Source: Neophaeotheca triangularis (lineage: Eukaryota). From it: DNA of 64,000 nucleotides. Each line of letters starts with the position of its first letter. The stretch's first letter is position 1. The position numbers were made by a program, and so were the translations under genes. The notes under the pieces were generated by a model, which saw only the letters and a program-made list of their open reading frames with translations, was not told the DNA's origin and did not search any database. Where the stretch lies: NCBI GenBank assembly GCA_054600435.1, contig BAAIJX010000004.1, forward strand, positions 620,001 through 684,000, written 5' to 3'. This document shows, in pieces, positions 27,318-39,256 of the stretch.

Positions 27318-28117
27318 ATTGAAACCTGGGAATAAGAAGTTGACGCCGTGACACGGAGTCTGTTATCAGAGCACAGCTTTGCGGCTCGAGCCAGCTGGAG
27401 ACGGGCTGCTTAATCTTAAGGGCTAGCGTAGGCGTTTTGGGAGTCGGCGTGGTATGAATCCGTGTGATGGTGGGGAGTGGGAACGATTTTTGGAACTTAT
27501 CCCCACAATTCAACCACTCCCACCCGGATATCGACAGCGGCATTTGTACACCCCGTGGGCACAAGACTAACAAATATATGCGCCTCAGCCGAGCTCATCG
27601 AGAGCTGCGACGTCAAACTTTGGCCTCTTTTTGCCGCTTCCTGTCGCATCCATCGTCGAGCCCTAGCATCACGTTAATCACGTCCAGAGAGGCGTAGCTA
27701 CTGTCGGCTTTCCGAGATCCGATCACGTGGGCGCCGATCCCATAGTCGCCACCACGTTCACGCTGATCCTCTTGCTGCTCTCAAAAAAATTAAATCGCAG
27801 TCTCCACAAAAGCCTCCGCGCTCTCCGCAGAATCGCTTCAAAGAAGGCCCGAGAGGAAGCTTCGGGCCAATGAAACGCGAGAGCTTCGCAGCATCTCAAC
27901 AACGCTCAACGGACTGGTTGGAGACGGGAAGCTTTTATCAACAAGCCGCAGTGTTGCGTAATTGGGGAGGGAGGGCTTTAAACCATACCAAGAGCCTTGG
28001 TGTTGCTTGCTTGATTTCATCTTCGCTTCTCTTCCTTACCTCTACTTTGTCGTCGAGAGAGCAGATTTCTGTTGTTCCGTTCGACTGCTTTGTTTTCCAC
28101 AGTAACGAACCACCACG

Positions 28118-29943
28118 ATGCATCTATGGAAACATGACTTCAGGGGCAGAACGCTCGTCTTCGCAGTCGCGGCCGCTGCATGCCAGGCCTTCTTGCTGCT
28201 GGGATTTGATCAAGGTACGGCGACAACCTCACACGATGTTGCGGATGTAGTTTTTGGTCAACTGACGTTGTTCTCCTAGGCGTCATGTCCGGTATCGTCG
28301 GCGCTGACAACGCCTTTTCTCGCGATTTCAACAACCCTGGGCCTGAGATGACGGGGAATATTAGCGCGCTTTATGATATTGGGTGTGAGTTGCTACTTCA
28401 TCTTGCCTTCCACTCAATCACCAAACTCCGACTAACAAACCCCCCAACAGGCGTGCTCGGCTCAATCGCCTGCTACTTCCTAGGCGAACGTTATGGCCGA
28501 CGCACAATGCTCATCTCCGGAGGTTTCATCATGGTCATCGGCGCCATCATTCTCGGCTCCTCGTACTCCATCGCTCAGCTGATCGTCGGCCGTATCGTCA
28601 CGGGCGTCGGCAACGGCATCAACTCCTCCACCGCCCCGGTGTACCTGGCCGAGAACGCACCTTCGTCGTATCGAGGCGCGCTGTTGACTGCGCAGGGAAC
28701 GTTCACGATTTTAGGGGTGGTTGTTGCTTATTGGATGGACTTTGGGACGAGCTATACCGATCTCTCGCTACAATGGCGGTTCCCGCTCGCTTTTCAAGCG
28801 GTCTTCGCTATCGCGCTGATGCTGCAGATCGTTGGCTTGCCGGAAACGCCGCGCTGGCTGGTTGCGCACGACCGATACACGGAAGCGGCCGAGGTGGTGG
28901 CGCGGATCCAGAATACGGTGCCAGAAGATGAGAATGTCATTCGTGTCGTCAGCGATATTCGTGCGGTTCTGGAAGAGGAGCAGAAGGACGGGCCTTTCAG
29001 GTTTAAGGAGCTGTTTACGCTTGGTAAAGAGCAGAATTTGCGGAGGACGGTCTTGACGATTTTCATTCAGTTGGGGCAGCAGTTCTCCGGGTCGAATATG
29101 ATTAATTACTGTAAGTGTTGCCATAGAACCCCGCTTGCATTCCGGAGGATGGCGACAGTTTGCTGACTTGGTTTATCACGCAGATCTCCCCACCATCCTC
29201 CAAGACAACATGGGCCTAACCCGCCGCATCTCGCTCATCGTCGCCGGATGCGCGCAAATCACCTACCTCTTTGGCGCCTTCATCCCGGTTTTCCTCATGG
29301 ACCGTTACGGCCGACGGCCCCTACTCATGGTCTGCTCAGCTGGCCTGTGTCTATGCTTCGTCATGGTCAGTATCCTGCTGTCGCTCGGTACTCAAGGTCC
29401 GGCCTACGCCGCCGTGGCTTTCATTTTCATTTTCCAGATCTTCTATGGCGTTGGCTGGTTGCCTGTGCCTTGGTTTTATGCTACCGAGATCACGACTACG
29501 AGAATTAGAACCAGGATGCAGGCGATTGCTTCCGGGTGGAATTGGATGGCAGTGTTTGCCGTTGTCAAAATTACGCCAATTTCGTTCGATAATATTGGGT
29601 GGAGGACTTTCGTAGGTAGGTTTGATCTACTCGATTGGTTTGGGTTTTATGAGGGTTTGGAATGCTGATCTTGGCTACTGCAGTCTTCGCCGTCCTCAAC
29701 GCCGCTTTCATCCCTATGACATATTGCTTTTACCCCGAGACCAAGGGAATCGAGCTCGAAGACATCCCGCTTTTGTTCACGAGGGGTGGACTCACAGGTG
29801 GTGTGCTGCATGCAAAGGGTGGTCGGACAGTGTTGCCGCACCAGCATGCACACGAGGCGAATATTGTTGAGAAAGAGAGAGAAGTCGAGGGAGAGGTCGA
29901 GAAAGAGGTCGAGATGGAGAGGAGGGAGGAACGAGAGGCTTGA
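28118..29943 (+). CDS. MFS sugar porter family transporter, 5 exons
   Basis: LLGFDQG|VMSG, GERYGRR, GRIVTGVGNG, WRFPLAFQ, PETPRWL, QQFSGSNMINY, DRYGRRPLL and YPETKG; four canonical introns. Confidence 0.92.
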
Positions 29944-30434
29944 TGCCAAAAGGCAAGTTGGGAAAGGAAAGGTTACCTCCAGCGAACGTAGACGCGAAGC
30001 GCACAATTCGCTTGTTGCCCTTTGATGCCCATGTTTCCTTCATTCCGAGGCCATGCTTGCACCCTATGATCAGAGTTCACCGCGGCCGCCAGCCTCACTC
30101 TGCTTTGGCAGTCTGTGTCCCGTGGACTATTGGATGGCTTAGTCGCGGATGTCGTTTGCTTTCTTGGATGCCTGTTAGTCTGGATTCATCTGCCACTACA
30201 GTGGCACTAGTAGAGTTCTGTACCAAGTATCTCAAAGGCTGTGGTTGAATTTGCCTGCCTGAGGCTGCAAAAGCCTTATCGTCGTCGGTCTTGGCGTTAT
30301 GGCATCTACATACATGGGTACCTACATCGTACTACATCTAACCAGGGCCTTAACTTTGCTAACAGTAAGAGATTGATACTTTGCTGCAATATTGATAGTC
30401 AACATTGGAAATATTGTCGCCATCGCATCGGACC

Positions 30435-32720
30435 ATGGACCCGGCGGAAGGCGAACGACGAAGGAAGCGTAGACGTGTCCCCGACGAACGTCGCAAGAGA
30501 TCTGCGCGTGCGTACGTTCTGCCATCACAGGATTCGATACCGTATCGGGCTCGAGCCTCATAGTCTAACGCCCACTCAAGGTGCGAGCCATGCAAAGTGA
30601 GGAAATCAAGATGCGAGAGAGCCTCCGAAGGTGTATGCAGGCGATGCCTGCAACATTCTCTGACCTGCGAGCAAAGTCAAAGCACCCAGTCTGGTTCGAG
30701 TGTGGCTGCGCCTGACGCAGCATCTACCGCTGAGGGCTCACTGGAGATTTTCGCCGCAGTAAATGGTAGAGAGCATGTTTCTAGGAACTACGGGGCCCCG
30801 GCAAGTACGTGCGCTTGCTCTGATTTTATTGAGCTTCCATTTCTTTGACCTTGTCTGCTTACTGTAACTTTAGACACCTCCAGTACCGTTGAGCCCATCT
30901 GGGACGATTTCCTCTCTAGATTGCGCCAGGCTTTTTTTCTCGAGCACGAGAGCTATCCAAAACCGCAGCATACCCTCCAACTCCCCAATGAGAGGGTGCG
31001 CCCAGAAATGTCGACAGCGGAGCTTGCCCGTTTGCGAACCTCTCTGGACTCGCTGCCGCCTCAGGATATAGCTGACTTCCTGATTTCTACAATGATCAAG
31101 CACGGCACAGATAACTTCTTCTTCTTCGATCAAGCTACCTTCTCGGCCAATCTCGACCATCTCTACAAGTCCAAGCGCTCTGGAAACTATTCTGATACGA
31201 GCTTCGTTTGCTTGACACTCGCTTCATTGGCGCTTGGCAGCCAGTGGGTCACGCTCGAGCTATCGCAAAGAGGCAAGAGCGATGGGCGTGAATCACGTCA
31301 AAACGAAGCTCCCGGAGAATTATTCTATCAGCACGCAAAGAGCTTAGTACCGGACGTGACAGAGAAGCCCAATCTAAAATCGGTCCAGGCTATGTTTGTC
31401 TTAGGGGTATACCTGATGCCTATCTCTGCCACCAGCTCTTCATACATGTACACCGGAATGGCTCTGAGAATGGGTGTTGTGCTGAATTTGCACGCGGAAA
31501 ATACAGATGACGCCAACATCGAAGCCAAAGACAAGGAGATTAGACGGCGCCTTTGGTGGTCAATCTACTCCCTCGAAAGATGTACTTCGATCAAGCTAAA
31601 TAGACCGCGGTCCGTAGATGCAGCGACCGTTACCACGCCGCCCCCGGCTCCACTAGCAGCGCTGGACAACTATCAAACATTTGACAACCACCAACACCAG
31701 ATCGCTTATGCAGAGCTGCTCCGAATCGTTGACCGGATGGTCGAGCCTTACGATACCGCGAAACGCTCAGAAGTAAGCGAGATGCATTCCGAGTGCCACG
31801 CGGCAGCATTGAAAAGCTGGAAAGCCAATCTTCCATCGCGATTCGCGTTGGCCAAGATTGACCCTCGAGATTCGGGCTATCGTGCGGTCTTCCACTTATA
31901 TCTACAATACTATCAAGCCTGGATTGCCGCAGGCAAGGTCCCTTTGGTCACGCTAGTCAGGGCCTTGCTTCGCGGTTCCCTTGAAAGCCAACCGCAGGCA
32001 CTTTGGTCCCAGGCGAGACGATGTACTAAAAGTGCGATACGCATGCTCGAGCTTTTTCAGAGCATCAAGCAGACACACAATCTCGTGAGGTTTTCCTTCA
32101 CCGATTTCCACGGCTGCAGTATCGCTACTATCGTGATATTATTGAGTGGTATTCTGGAGCCAGACTCAAGCTATGGAGCACGCATAGCCTTTGGTCTAGA
32201 CTGTCTCAAAGGCATGGCAGAGGGCCACACAGCTGGTGAGAAGGGTTTGAGATTCGTAGAAGCCTTATATTCAATCGCGATTGAGGCTGCTGACAAGCTG
32301 GGACGATCTCGGAGCAACGTTCCAAGCTCTTTCACAGTCGCCCCCGATTGCCGGCCAACAGAGCATGATCGCTGGGCGCAATGGCTGGCTGAAGTGAACA
32401 CCGACCAAGAACGTGGCAGGGACAGTGCGGGTCTCAGAGAGCCTGAAGCAACGATATACGCTCCGAGACTACCTCCTCTAGGCCAGTTGCAGCCACAGTA
32501 TTCCCCGGGTCACCGTTGGCAGACAGCCGCAACGCTGACCGAGCATGACGCCATTCTTGGCCCTCCTCTTACAGGACCATTCGGTCAGTCGACTGACCCA
32601 CCGTATTCACCTCTAGCCCAACAAGCACAACAAGCAGGTATACGAGAAGAAGATAATCCGCTCCTTGTTGGACTGACTGGTTTCGACGTCTTAGACTTTT
32701 CTGGCTTTGATGTATTCTGA
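30435..32720 (+). CDS. Zn(II)2Cys6 transcription factor with fungal-specific middle homology region; exons approx. 30435-30510, 30581-30804 and 30874-32720
   Basis: Spliced N-terminus RKRSARACEPCKVRKSRCERASEGVCRRCLQHSLTC; ALRMGVVLNLH..EIRRRLWWSIYSLER..LNRP. Confidence 0.9.
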
Positions 32721-32843
32721 ACCGGAACCAGCCACAAGAGACAAGTTATGAAGTAACTGACGGGTCCGATCTTGTAGGAAGCATTCCCGAGGATTCAAGA
32801 CGGAAAGCAATGGAGGTACCGCCTTATTGCATATTTAAGTCTT

Positions 32844-34175
32844 CTACAATAGAGGCTTGATTCTAACAGGTATTTGCCCATCCTCCTGGAGCTCAGTCCA
32901 CCGACTCTTGCATATCCGTCCGCCTTTCATAACGGCGAGTAGAAATCTGGTTGGGTCGTCCAATATGGTGATATCTTCTAGTGGGTTGCTGTCAAGCAAC
33001 AATATGTCGGCCTCGAACCCCGGTTTAATCTGACCAATGCTATCTTGGCAGCCCATCATCTTTGCTGGATTGATGGTGGCGCTCTGCAAGATCTCTTTAG
33101 GCGATAAGGCCTGTGCTCTCAGTCGGAATTCCCTGGTCTGCGCTGCACCGAGTGGGCCAAGCAGATCAGTACCGAAGCACATCTTCACGCCAGCATCCGA
33201 CGCCGCTTTCAACGCCTGTGGTCCTGACTCGACGACTTGTTGGTTTTTCGCCAGTCCGTCGGGGGGCAGATAGTCCTTCCACTGCGGACTGGCCATCTGA
33301 TCGTAAGTGACCATGGTTGGTGTCAGATATACGTCTTTCTCGGCCATGAGCTCCGCAGTCGGGGCGTCGACAAAACTTCCATGCTCGATGCCTTTGACAC
33401 CGTTGTTGATGGCATGGCGGATTGCTTTCGGTGTGTAGGCATGCGCTGTGACAAAAGTGCCAGCTTGATCAGCGCATTGTGTCATGACCTGGATTTCTTG
33501 AGGAGTAAATTGGAGTTGCTCCAGCTTGTCCGTTGGCGATGCAACCCCGCCCGAGGCCATGATCTTGATGAAATCGCTCCCCGTCCGAATTTGGTCCCTG
33601 ACAGCGGTCATGCATTCCGGCTCGCCGTTGCAAACTCTCCCTAGACCGAGCGAAGTCCCGCCACAGCATTGCGAATGATCGTGACGACCTTTGGAGTCCC
33701 CATGGCCGCCCGTTTGAGATAGTGCTTTCCCTGCAATGAACAGCCTTGGGCCATTGATGACGCCCTCCTCAATTGCTTCTTTGAGGGCAAGCTGTGCTCC
33801 ACCGCAATCCCGAACGGAAGTAAAGCCCCGGTGCAGCATTTGCGTGCAGACGTACGGTTGGCGGAGGAGATGTACATCGTTTGGAGCATTCCAGACTGAA
33901 TCGAGGTTGCCTAGTCCAGGTACGGCCATCAAATGGACATGAGCGTCGAACAGCCCAGGACAAACATATTTGCCTTGGCAATCAATCGTTATGGTTTCCG
34001 AAGATATATTCGATGGAGCAGAGTCAGCCACTGACAAGATCTTGCCGTTGGAGACAGTCACATGGCATGCAGTGATAATCTCGCCAGCGTTGACGTCGAC
34101 GACATTGGCATTCTTCAGAAGATAGTTGGACGGGGGGGCGCGAGCCCAAGGTTTGGTCGGTTGCGAGGAGACCAT
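32844..34175 (-). CDS. Metal-dependent amidohydrolase (prolidase-like / ochratoxinase-type subgroup)
   Basis: PGLFDAHVH, GFTSVRDCGG, SQTGGHGD, IKIMASGGVASP, TAHAY, IEHG, FGTD and SATINPA; intronless. Confidence 0.92.
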   Translation of the reverse strand: MVSSQPTKPWARAPPSNYLLKNANVVDVNAGEIITACHVTVSNGKILSVADSAPSNISSETITIDCQGKYVCPGLFDAHVHLMAVPGLGNLDSVWNAPNDVHLLRQPYVCTQMLHRGFTSVRDCGGAQLALKEAIEEGVINGPRLFIAGKALSQTGGHGDSKGRHDHSQCCGGTSLGLGRVCNGEPECMTAVRDQIRTGSDFIKIMASGGVASPTDKLEQLQFTPQEIQVMTQCADQAGTFVTAHAYTPKAIRHAINNGVKGIEHGSFVDAPTAELMAEKDVYLTPTMVTYDQMASPQWKDYLPPDGLAKNQQVVESGPQALKAASDAGVKMCFGTDLLGPLGAAQTREFRLRAQALSPKEILQSATINPAKMMGCQDSIGQIKPGFEADILLLDSNPLEDITILDDPTRFLLAVMKGGRICKSRWTELQEDGQIPVRIKPLL

Positions 34176-34363
34176 ACTGCTTCGGCGATGAGCAAACCGT
34201 TTGGGCGAGAAGAGATAAAAGAAAGGAGTTCGAGTCCACGGTTCGTACAACGATTGTGCAGTATAAAGAGAGAGCGAGTCGCCAAAAAATGAGCTGCTGA
34301 AGAAAGAGGTATTTAAATGATTGCCCACTAACTCACTTTCGGCACAGCAGACGTGGCTTCCCT

Positions 34364-34750
34364 ATCCGCTATCGGCTGTGGCAGAGAGTCCTACTACCAT
34401 GAATCTAACGCACTCGTCCATCCGCTCCGAACATGATTGCAACAGCGGATAGAAGGCCGAAGCTAGCCACACGATTGCAACCATTCGGCCAACCCCTCTC
34501 AGTATGCCAAAGATATGCCGGCGCACATTCAGGAGGAAAGAAAGAGATAAAGATCAAACGACCTGATAGCGGGGTTGAGATGATAACAACTTGCCGACAG
34601 CATCGGGTATCTGTCACCGAGAGCGTCGGGTATCTGGCCAGATAGGCGGATAATGGCACTTTCTCCACACTAGAGCGGATGTCTGTCGATAAACCCAGCT
34701 CCAAGACCACGCCAACCTGACCGCATGAGAATCAGCCCCCGATGATAGAG
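34364..34750. promoter_or_regulatory. Divergent promoter with 5 GCGGAT copies and many GATAR sites
   Basis: GCGGAT on either strand at 34364, 34420, 34445, 34646 and 34675; GATAA near 34546, 34582, 34649 and 34688, plus several GATAG. Confidence 0.55.
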
Positions 34751-34862
34751 CCGATTTAAATACACTGGCATTGCCTTTGGTCGATATGTCTACTATTTGC
34801 AAGCCTCTGAATCTTTTCTAACCCATCACCTCCATTGATCCATCCTTACTGCCAACGAGAAC

Positions 34863-36592
34863 ATGCCCGGATCGATCACTACGAAGCCTCCGAATCCACA
34901 CTCGACGTCGGACGTTCGCGACGATGAGAAAGGTAGCAGTCTCGAGGTCGGTCTGGTTCAGAATAGCTACACTCCAGAAGAAGACCGCCAGGTGCTCCGG
35001 AAGATTGACTTGGTCATATTGCCAATGGTACGCAACGCTCCTCCTCCAATCGCACACATGGGGTGCCTGCTGACCGCCGACGCGTGCTAGATGTGCTTTA
35101 CCTTCTTCAACCAGTACCTCGACAAACAGTCCTTGTCTTACACCGCGGTTTTCGGTCTCATCGAGGATCTTAACATGTCCGAGCGCGAGTACTCCTGGTG
35201 CACCTCCATCTTCTACATCGGTCAACTGCTTTCCGAGTACCCCTGCATCTACTGCATGTCAAGATTCCGGCTCACCAAGTTCGTGGGGGCAACGATGTAG
35301 GTTCTACCCTGATACCGCACGATAGACCAAAGATGAGTGGACTGACTCTCGCTGGCGCGCTACAGCATCATCTGGGGTATCGTTTGCATGTGTCTAGCGG
35401 CACCGCAGAACTACGCTGGCTTCGCTGCAGTGCGCTTCCTCCTGGGATTCACCGAGGGTGCCGTCTCGCCGGCTTTTGTCACCATCACGTCCATCTGGTA
35501 CCGAAAGCAAGAACACGCAACCCGCACGGCACTCTGGGTCACAATGAACGGTGTTGCGCAGGTAGTGGGGTGCCTGCTCATGTACGGCATTGGCACCAAT
35601 CCTTCTCTCGGACTCCAGCCTTGGAGGATCATGTTCCTGATTTCCGGCGCGCTCACTGTTGCCACAGGCGTCGCTTTCTATTTCCTGATGCCCCAAGGAC
35701 CGAACGATGCTTGGTTCCTCAACAAACGAGAGAAAGAGATCCTTTCGATGCGCATGGCGGATAGTAGGGAGGGCGGTGACAAGACTGACTTCTCTGTCCG
35801 ACAGCTCAAAGAGACAATGCTTGACCCCAAAGCTTGGTTCGTTTTTGCCTTTGGCGTCCTGGTCACCATGCAAAGTCCCGTGCTGGCTTTTGCAAGCCTC
35901 GTCATCCAGGGGCTCGGTTTCGAGCAAGCCGAGACCATCCTTTACACTGCTCCTTCGGGAGCGGTTCAGATCGCCCTACTCTGGATTGGTGTGCTCCTTT
36001 GTTGGATCTTCCCGCGACATCGAACCTTCGTCGTTGTTGTGATGTGCATCCCGCCTCTCATTGCAAACGTGTTCTTGATGCAACTTGACTCAAGTGCCGG
36101 CTGGGGCCTTATCGTTGCGTCTTGGCTAGTAAGTGTCACTGCGAATATGAGAACCCGGAAGGACTGAAAAGCCGACTGACCGCCAATTCCAAACAGGCCT
36201 CATGCATCACGTCCGTCATGTCTATCCTACTCTCGCTGGCAGCCTCGAACGTCAAGGGAAACACCAAACGAGCCATCACGAACGCAATGTTCTTCATCGG
36301 CTACTGCGCCGGCTGCATTGGGGCTCCACAACTTTGGACTGACGGGCCGCGGTATTTCGAGGGTGTGGTCACCGCCATTGTAACATGGTGTCTTTTGATC
36401 CTCACCTCCATCGCTTATTGGTACTTGTGCAGGAGCGACAACAAGAAGAGGGATTCCAAGCATCACTTCGCCTCGACGGAAAGCGGGAGTTCCGCAATGG
36501 ACGAGGAGCAGGTAGTCAGGCGCGATAGCACGGGAGCACCCGTGACGGATCTGACGGATAAAGAGGATTTCCGGTTTCGCTATAGCTATTAG
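34863..36592 (+). CDS. MFS allantoate/dipeptide permease (DAL5 family); exons approx. 34863-35027, 35091-35296, 35366-36128 and 36197-36592
   Basis: VLRKIDLVILPM, QYLDKQSLSY, RFLLGFTEG..P..WYRKQE, ASNVKGNTKR and terminal DLTDKEDFRFRY. Confidence 0.92.
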
Positions 36593-37107
36593 ATGGCCGG
36601 AACGCCAAGTTTATGAGTTTAGATGATGCCCTGTGTTTGTCTGTCTTTGGATGGCTATCTCGCCCGCAAGCACTAGTAATCCGAGTCGTCGCCGAGCGCG
36701 AACGAGCCAGAAGCCGTTGGCTAGAGATAGGGACTATCGTCCACGATGAGCGATTGAATAACCGATTCAAGTTTTCTCTTGATCACCAAAGTTGGACTAG
36801 TCAGCGCAAGGAGGCTAGAGAATTGGAAGACTTTCGGACACTGCCTCACTGCTCCTTCCTCCTCATACGTCCAGTTGGACACTCACACTGTTCGTAGTTC
36901 ACGCCGGTCATCAATCTCATTATTGCCGCGCTGTCGCAAGTCCGGGTCGATCGTTGGCAACAGGGGTCGCGTCGACACTTCGAGGCCTCCAGCCGAATAT
37001 CTTACCGACCATTGCCACATTAGAAAAAGCGACCCCGCTCGATTGGTCGAGACTGCATCTTCTCCCGACAGCCAAACAAGATGCCTCACGACACAGCACG
37101 CGCAAAC

Positions 37108-37824
37108 ATGGTTGTAATCCCCCGCCCATCCCCAGACCAACCCACCACGTCCCCACAAGTGATAGAAGCACCCACCGAAGCAGCCTTCACCTCAACCTTC
37201 GGCCACCTCCTCCCACCCGCCCGATACCTCCACACCCCAAACGGCAAAACTGCATACTACTCGCTCCCCCCGACCTCGCCCACCCCAACCCCGGAGCACA
37301 TCCTCCTAATCCACGGAGTGTAAACACCCGCCCTAGGCCTGCTAACCCTGGCCCAAAACCTCCAGTCCTCCATTCCAACCGCGCAATTCGTGCTCCTCGA
37401 CCTCTACGGCCACGGCCTGAGCGACACACCCCTAGTGCCGCACACCCCTGCCCTCTTCCAGGAGCAACTCGAGACATTGCTTGATACGCTTGAATGGCCT
37501 TGGGCGCATTTGGTCGGGTATTCTTTCGGCGGCTCCGTGGCGGCGGGCTTTCTCGTCTCTCGCCCGAATCGAGTACGGAGCCTCAGTCTCATCGCGCCGG
37601 CGGGACTCTATCGTTCGCAGCAGTTCGAGGCCCGTCATTTGCGGGGTGAGGACGAAGTAGCCGCGCGGCACTATGTATTGTAATTGCTCGAGGGAGGCGA
37701 GCTGTCTGTTCCCGAGGATTGGAGGGAGAGGGTCGCGCGTGGAGAGATTGTCGCCGAGGCGCTGCGGGCGTGGCAGATGCGCGAACACGCCGGGCATACC
37801 GCTTCGGTCGTGGCGTCAACTTAG
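37108..37824 (+). pseudogene. Alpha/beta hydrolase pseudogene
   Basis: A single frame LLIHGV*TPALG..DLYGHGLSD..HLVGYSFGG..LIAPAGL..VL*LLEGG has in-frame TAA at 37321 and 37681, and similarity ends near 37820 before the catalytic Asp/His. Confidence 0.85.
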
Positions 37825-38289
37825 ATCTACCGGTTTCTCAAAACCATTGCCAAACTGAGTCTTGAAGAACGGGAATGCCTCCAGCGCCATGGCCCCAGAG
37901 CGGATAGAGTTAGTTGAGATGAAGAATAGGCAGGCTTTCGTAACCTCGAGGTGTTAGCTAGAACATCAACAATTGCACTGTTCGCTCAAGAATCTGGCAG
38001 GTCGAGAGTCAACAATACCGCACGTTCAAGGGTACCTATGTCTAAACGAGCCCGTCGTGGAGAGGGCAGCTAACATCGACGTCCTAAGGATGTCAGCTAA
38101 CTGATGCATCATATACAAGCATAAGTAAACAGCCACCACAAACAGCCAAAAGCACTGCTACTACCTCCCGCTACTCCCTCATCAACACACAGACCCCAGC
38201 ATTAAATCCGCCATCGAGATCTACCTAATTGTCTCAAACCCAAGCCCCCACTCCAACTCCAACAACGCAATCTCCACATCGCCACCATT

Positions 38290-39060
38290 ACCCCCCGGGA
38301 ACTCCAAGACATCCTAGTAGCCTTAACAACCCCTTCCACCCCCAACCAAAAGCACATCGACGAACCCGCCTACCAGGCTCACAACCACCGACTCATAGCC
38401 GCCGGCGTCCCGTCCACGGGCTCGGTCCCAGCAGCAAGCGTGAGCGACACTTCGGTGGAGCGAGTGGTGTAGATTTAGCCGCGCACGCTCGCTGCGGGTT
38501 GCGGAGCGGCGGCTATAATGCTTGTGCCGCTTTTCCACGACGCCCTGGACTGGAGGCAGTTGCGGGATTTTTCCTTGCGGGGGGGAAGTGGTCGCGGTCT
38601 CCGGGTTGCTGGTTTGTTGTTGTAACATCCCTTTCTGCGAGCGGGATGACGCTGACACCTGGGAAAATTGCCGCGCTGTCGCAAGTCCCGGTCAAGTACC
38701 TCAAGGATACTTCGGGCAACGCGGCGGCGCTGACGGATTTGCTGGTTGGTAAGATTGAGAGGATAACGGCGTTTAATGGGTAGGATACGCTAACGTTTTA
38801 CGGGCTGGCGGCTGCAACGAAGGGGTCGGTTTAGGGCGCGACGAATGTTGAGCCAGAATTGTCGACGGAGCTGTGGGAGGCTTTCGCTGTGGGAATAGGA
38901 GGGATGAGGTTGTGGGACGCTTTGGGCGAGGATCTGGCCGGTTTGCGATTTTTTGAAAAGTGTGGAATGTTGCTGCGGCGATCAAGATAAGGAGGCCGAA
39001 CTGCGGGGTTGGTCCACTGGGGATCTGGGGAAACCCTTTGCCTCGCTCGACGGTTAGCTT
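38290..39060 (+). pseudogene. DHDPS/DapA-family aldolase pseudogene
   Basis: Pieces in different frames: ILVALTTP, IDEPAYQAH..RLIAAGV, VHGL, AIMLVP, NIP, KYLKDTSGNA (Schiff-base Lys), TAFNG*DTLTFYGLAA..KGSV*GATNV.PEL. In-frame TAG at 38781 and 38832, plus frameshifts and deletions. Confidence 0.8.
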
Positions 39061-39256
39061 ACGGTCGAGCTGGCGAGGCTTTTGAAGTCCGCTGGGATGT
39101 TTGTGGTTGAATGAGTGCGATTGCAGTCCTCGGTCTGATTCGCTCTCGGTTCCGATACTTTGACTCGATTGTGGGCTTGATTCGAAAGTAGCTTTCGGGT
39201 AAGATGGTGATCCGACATGTTCACCAGCTCTAGTTGCGGGCGCGACGTTTGGGGGC

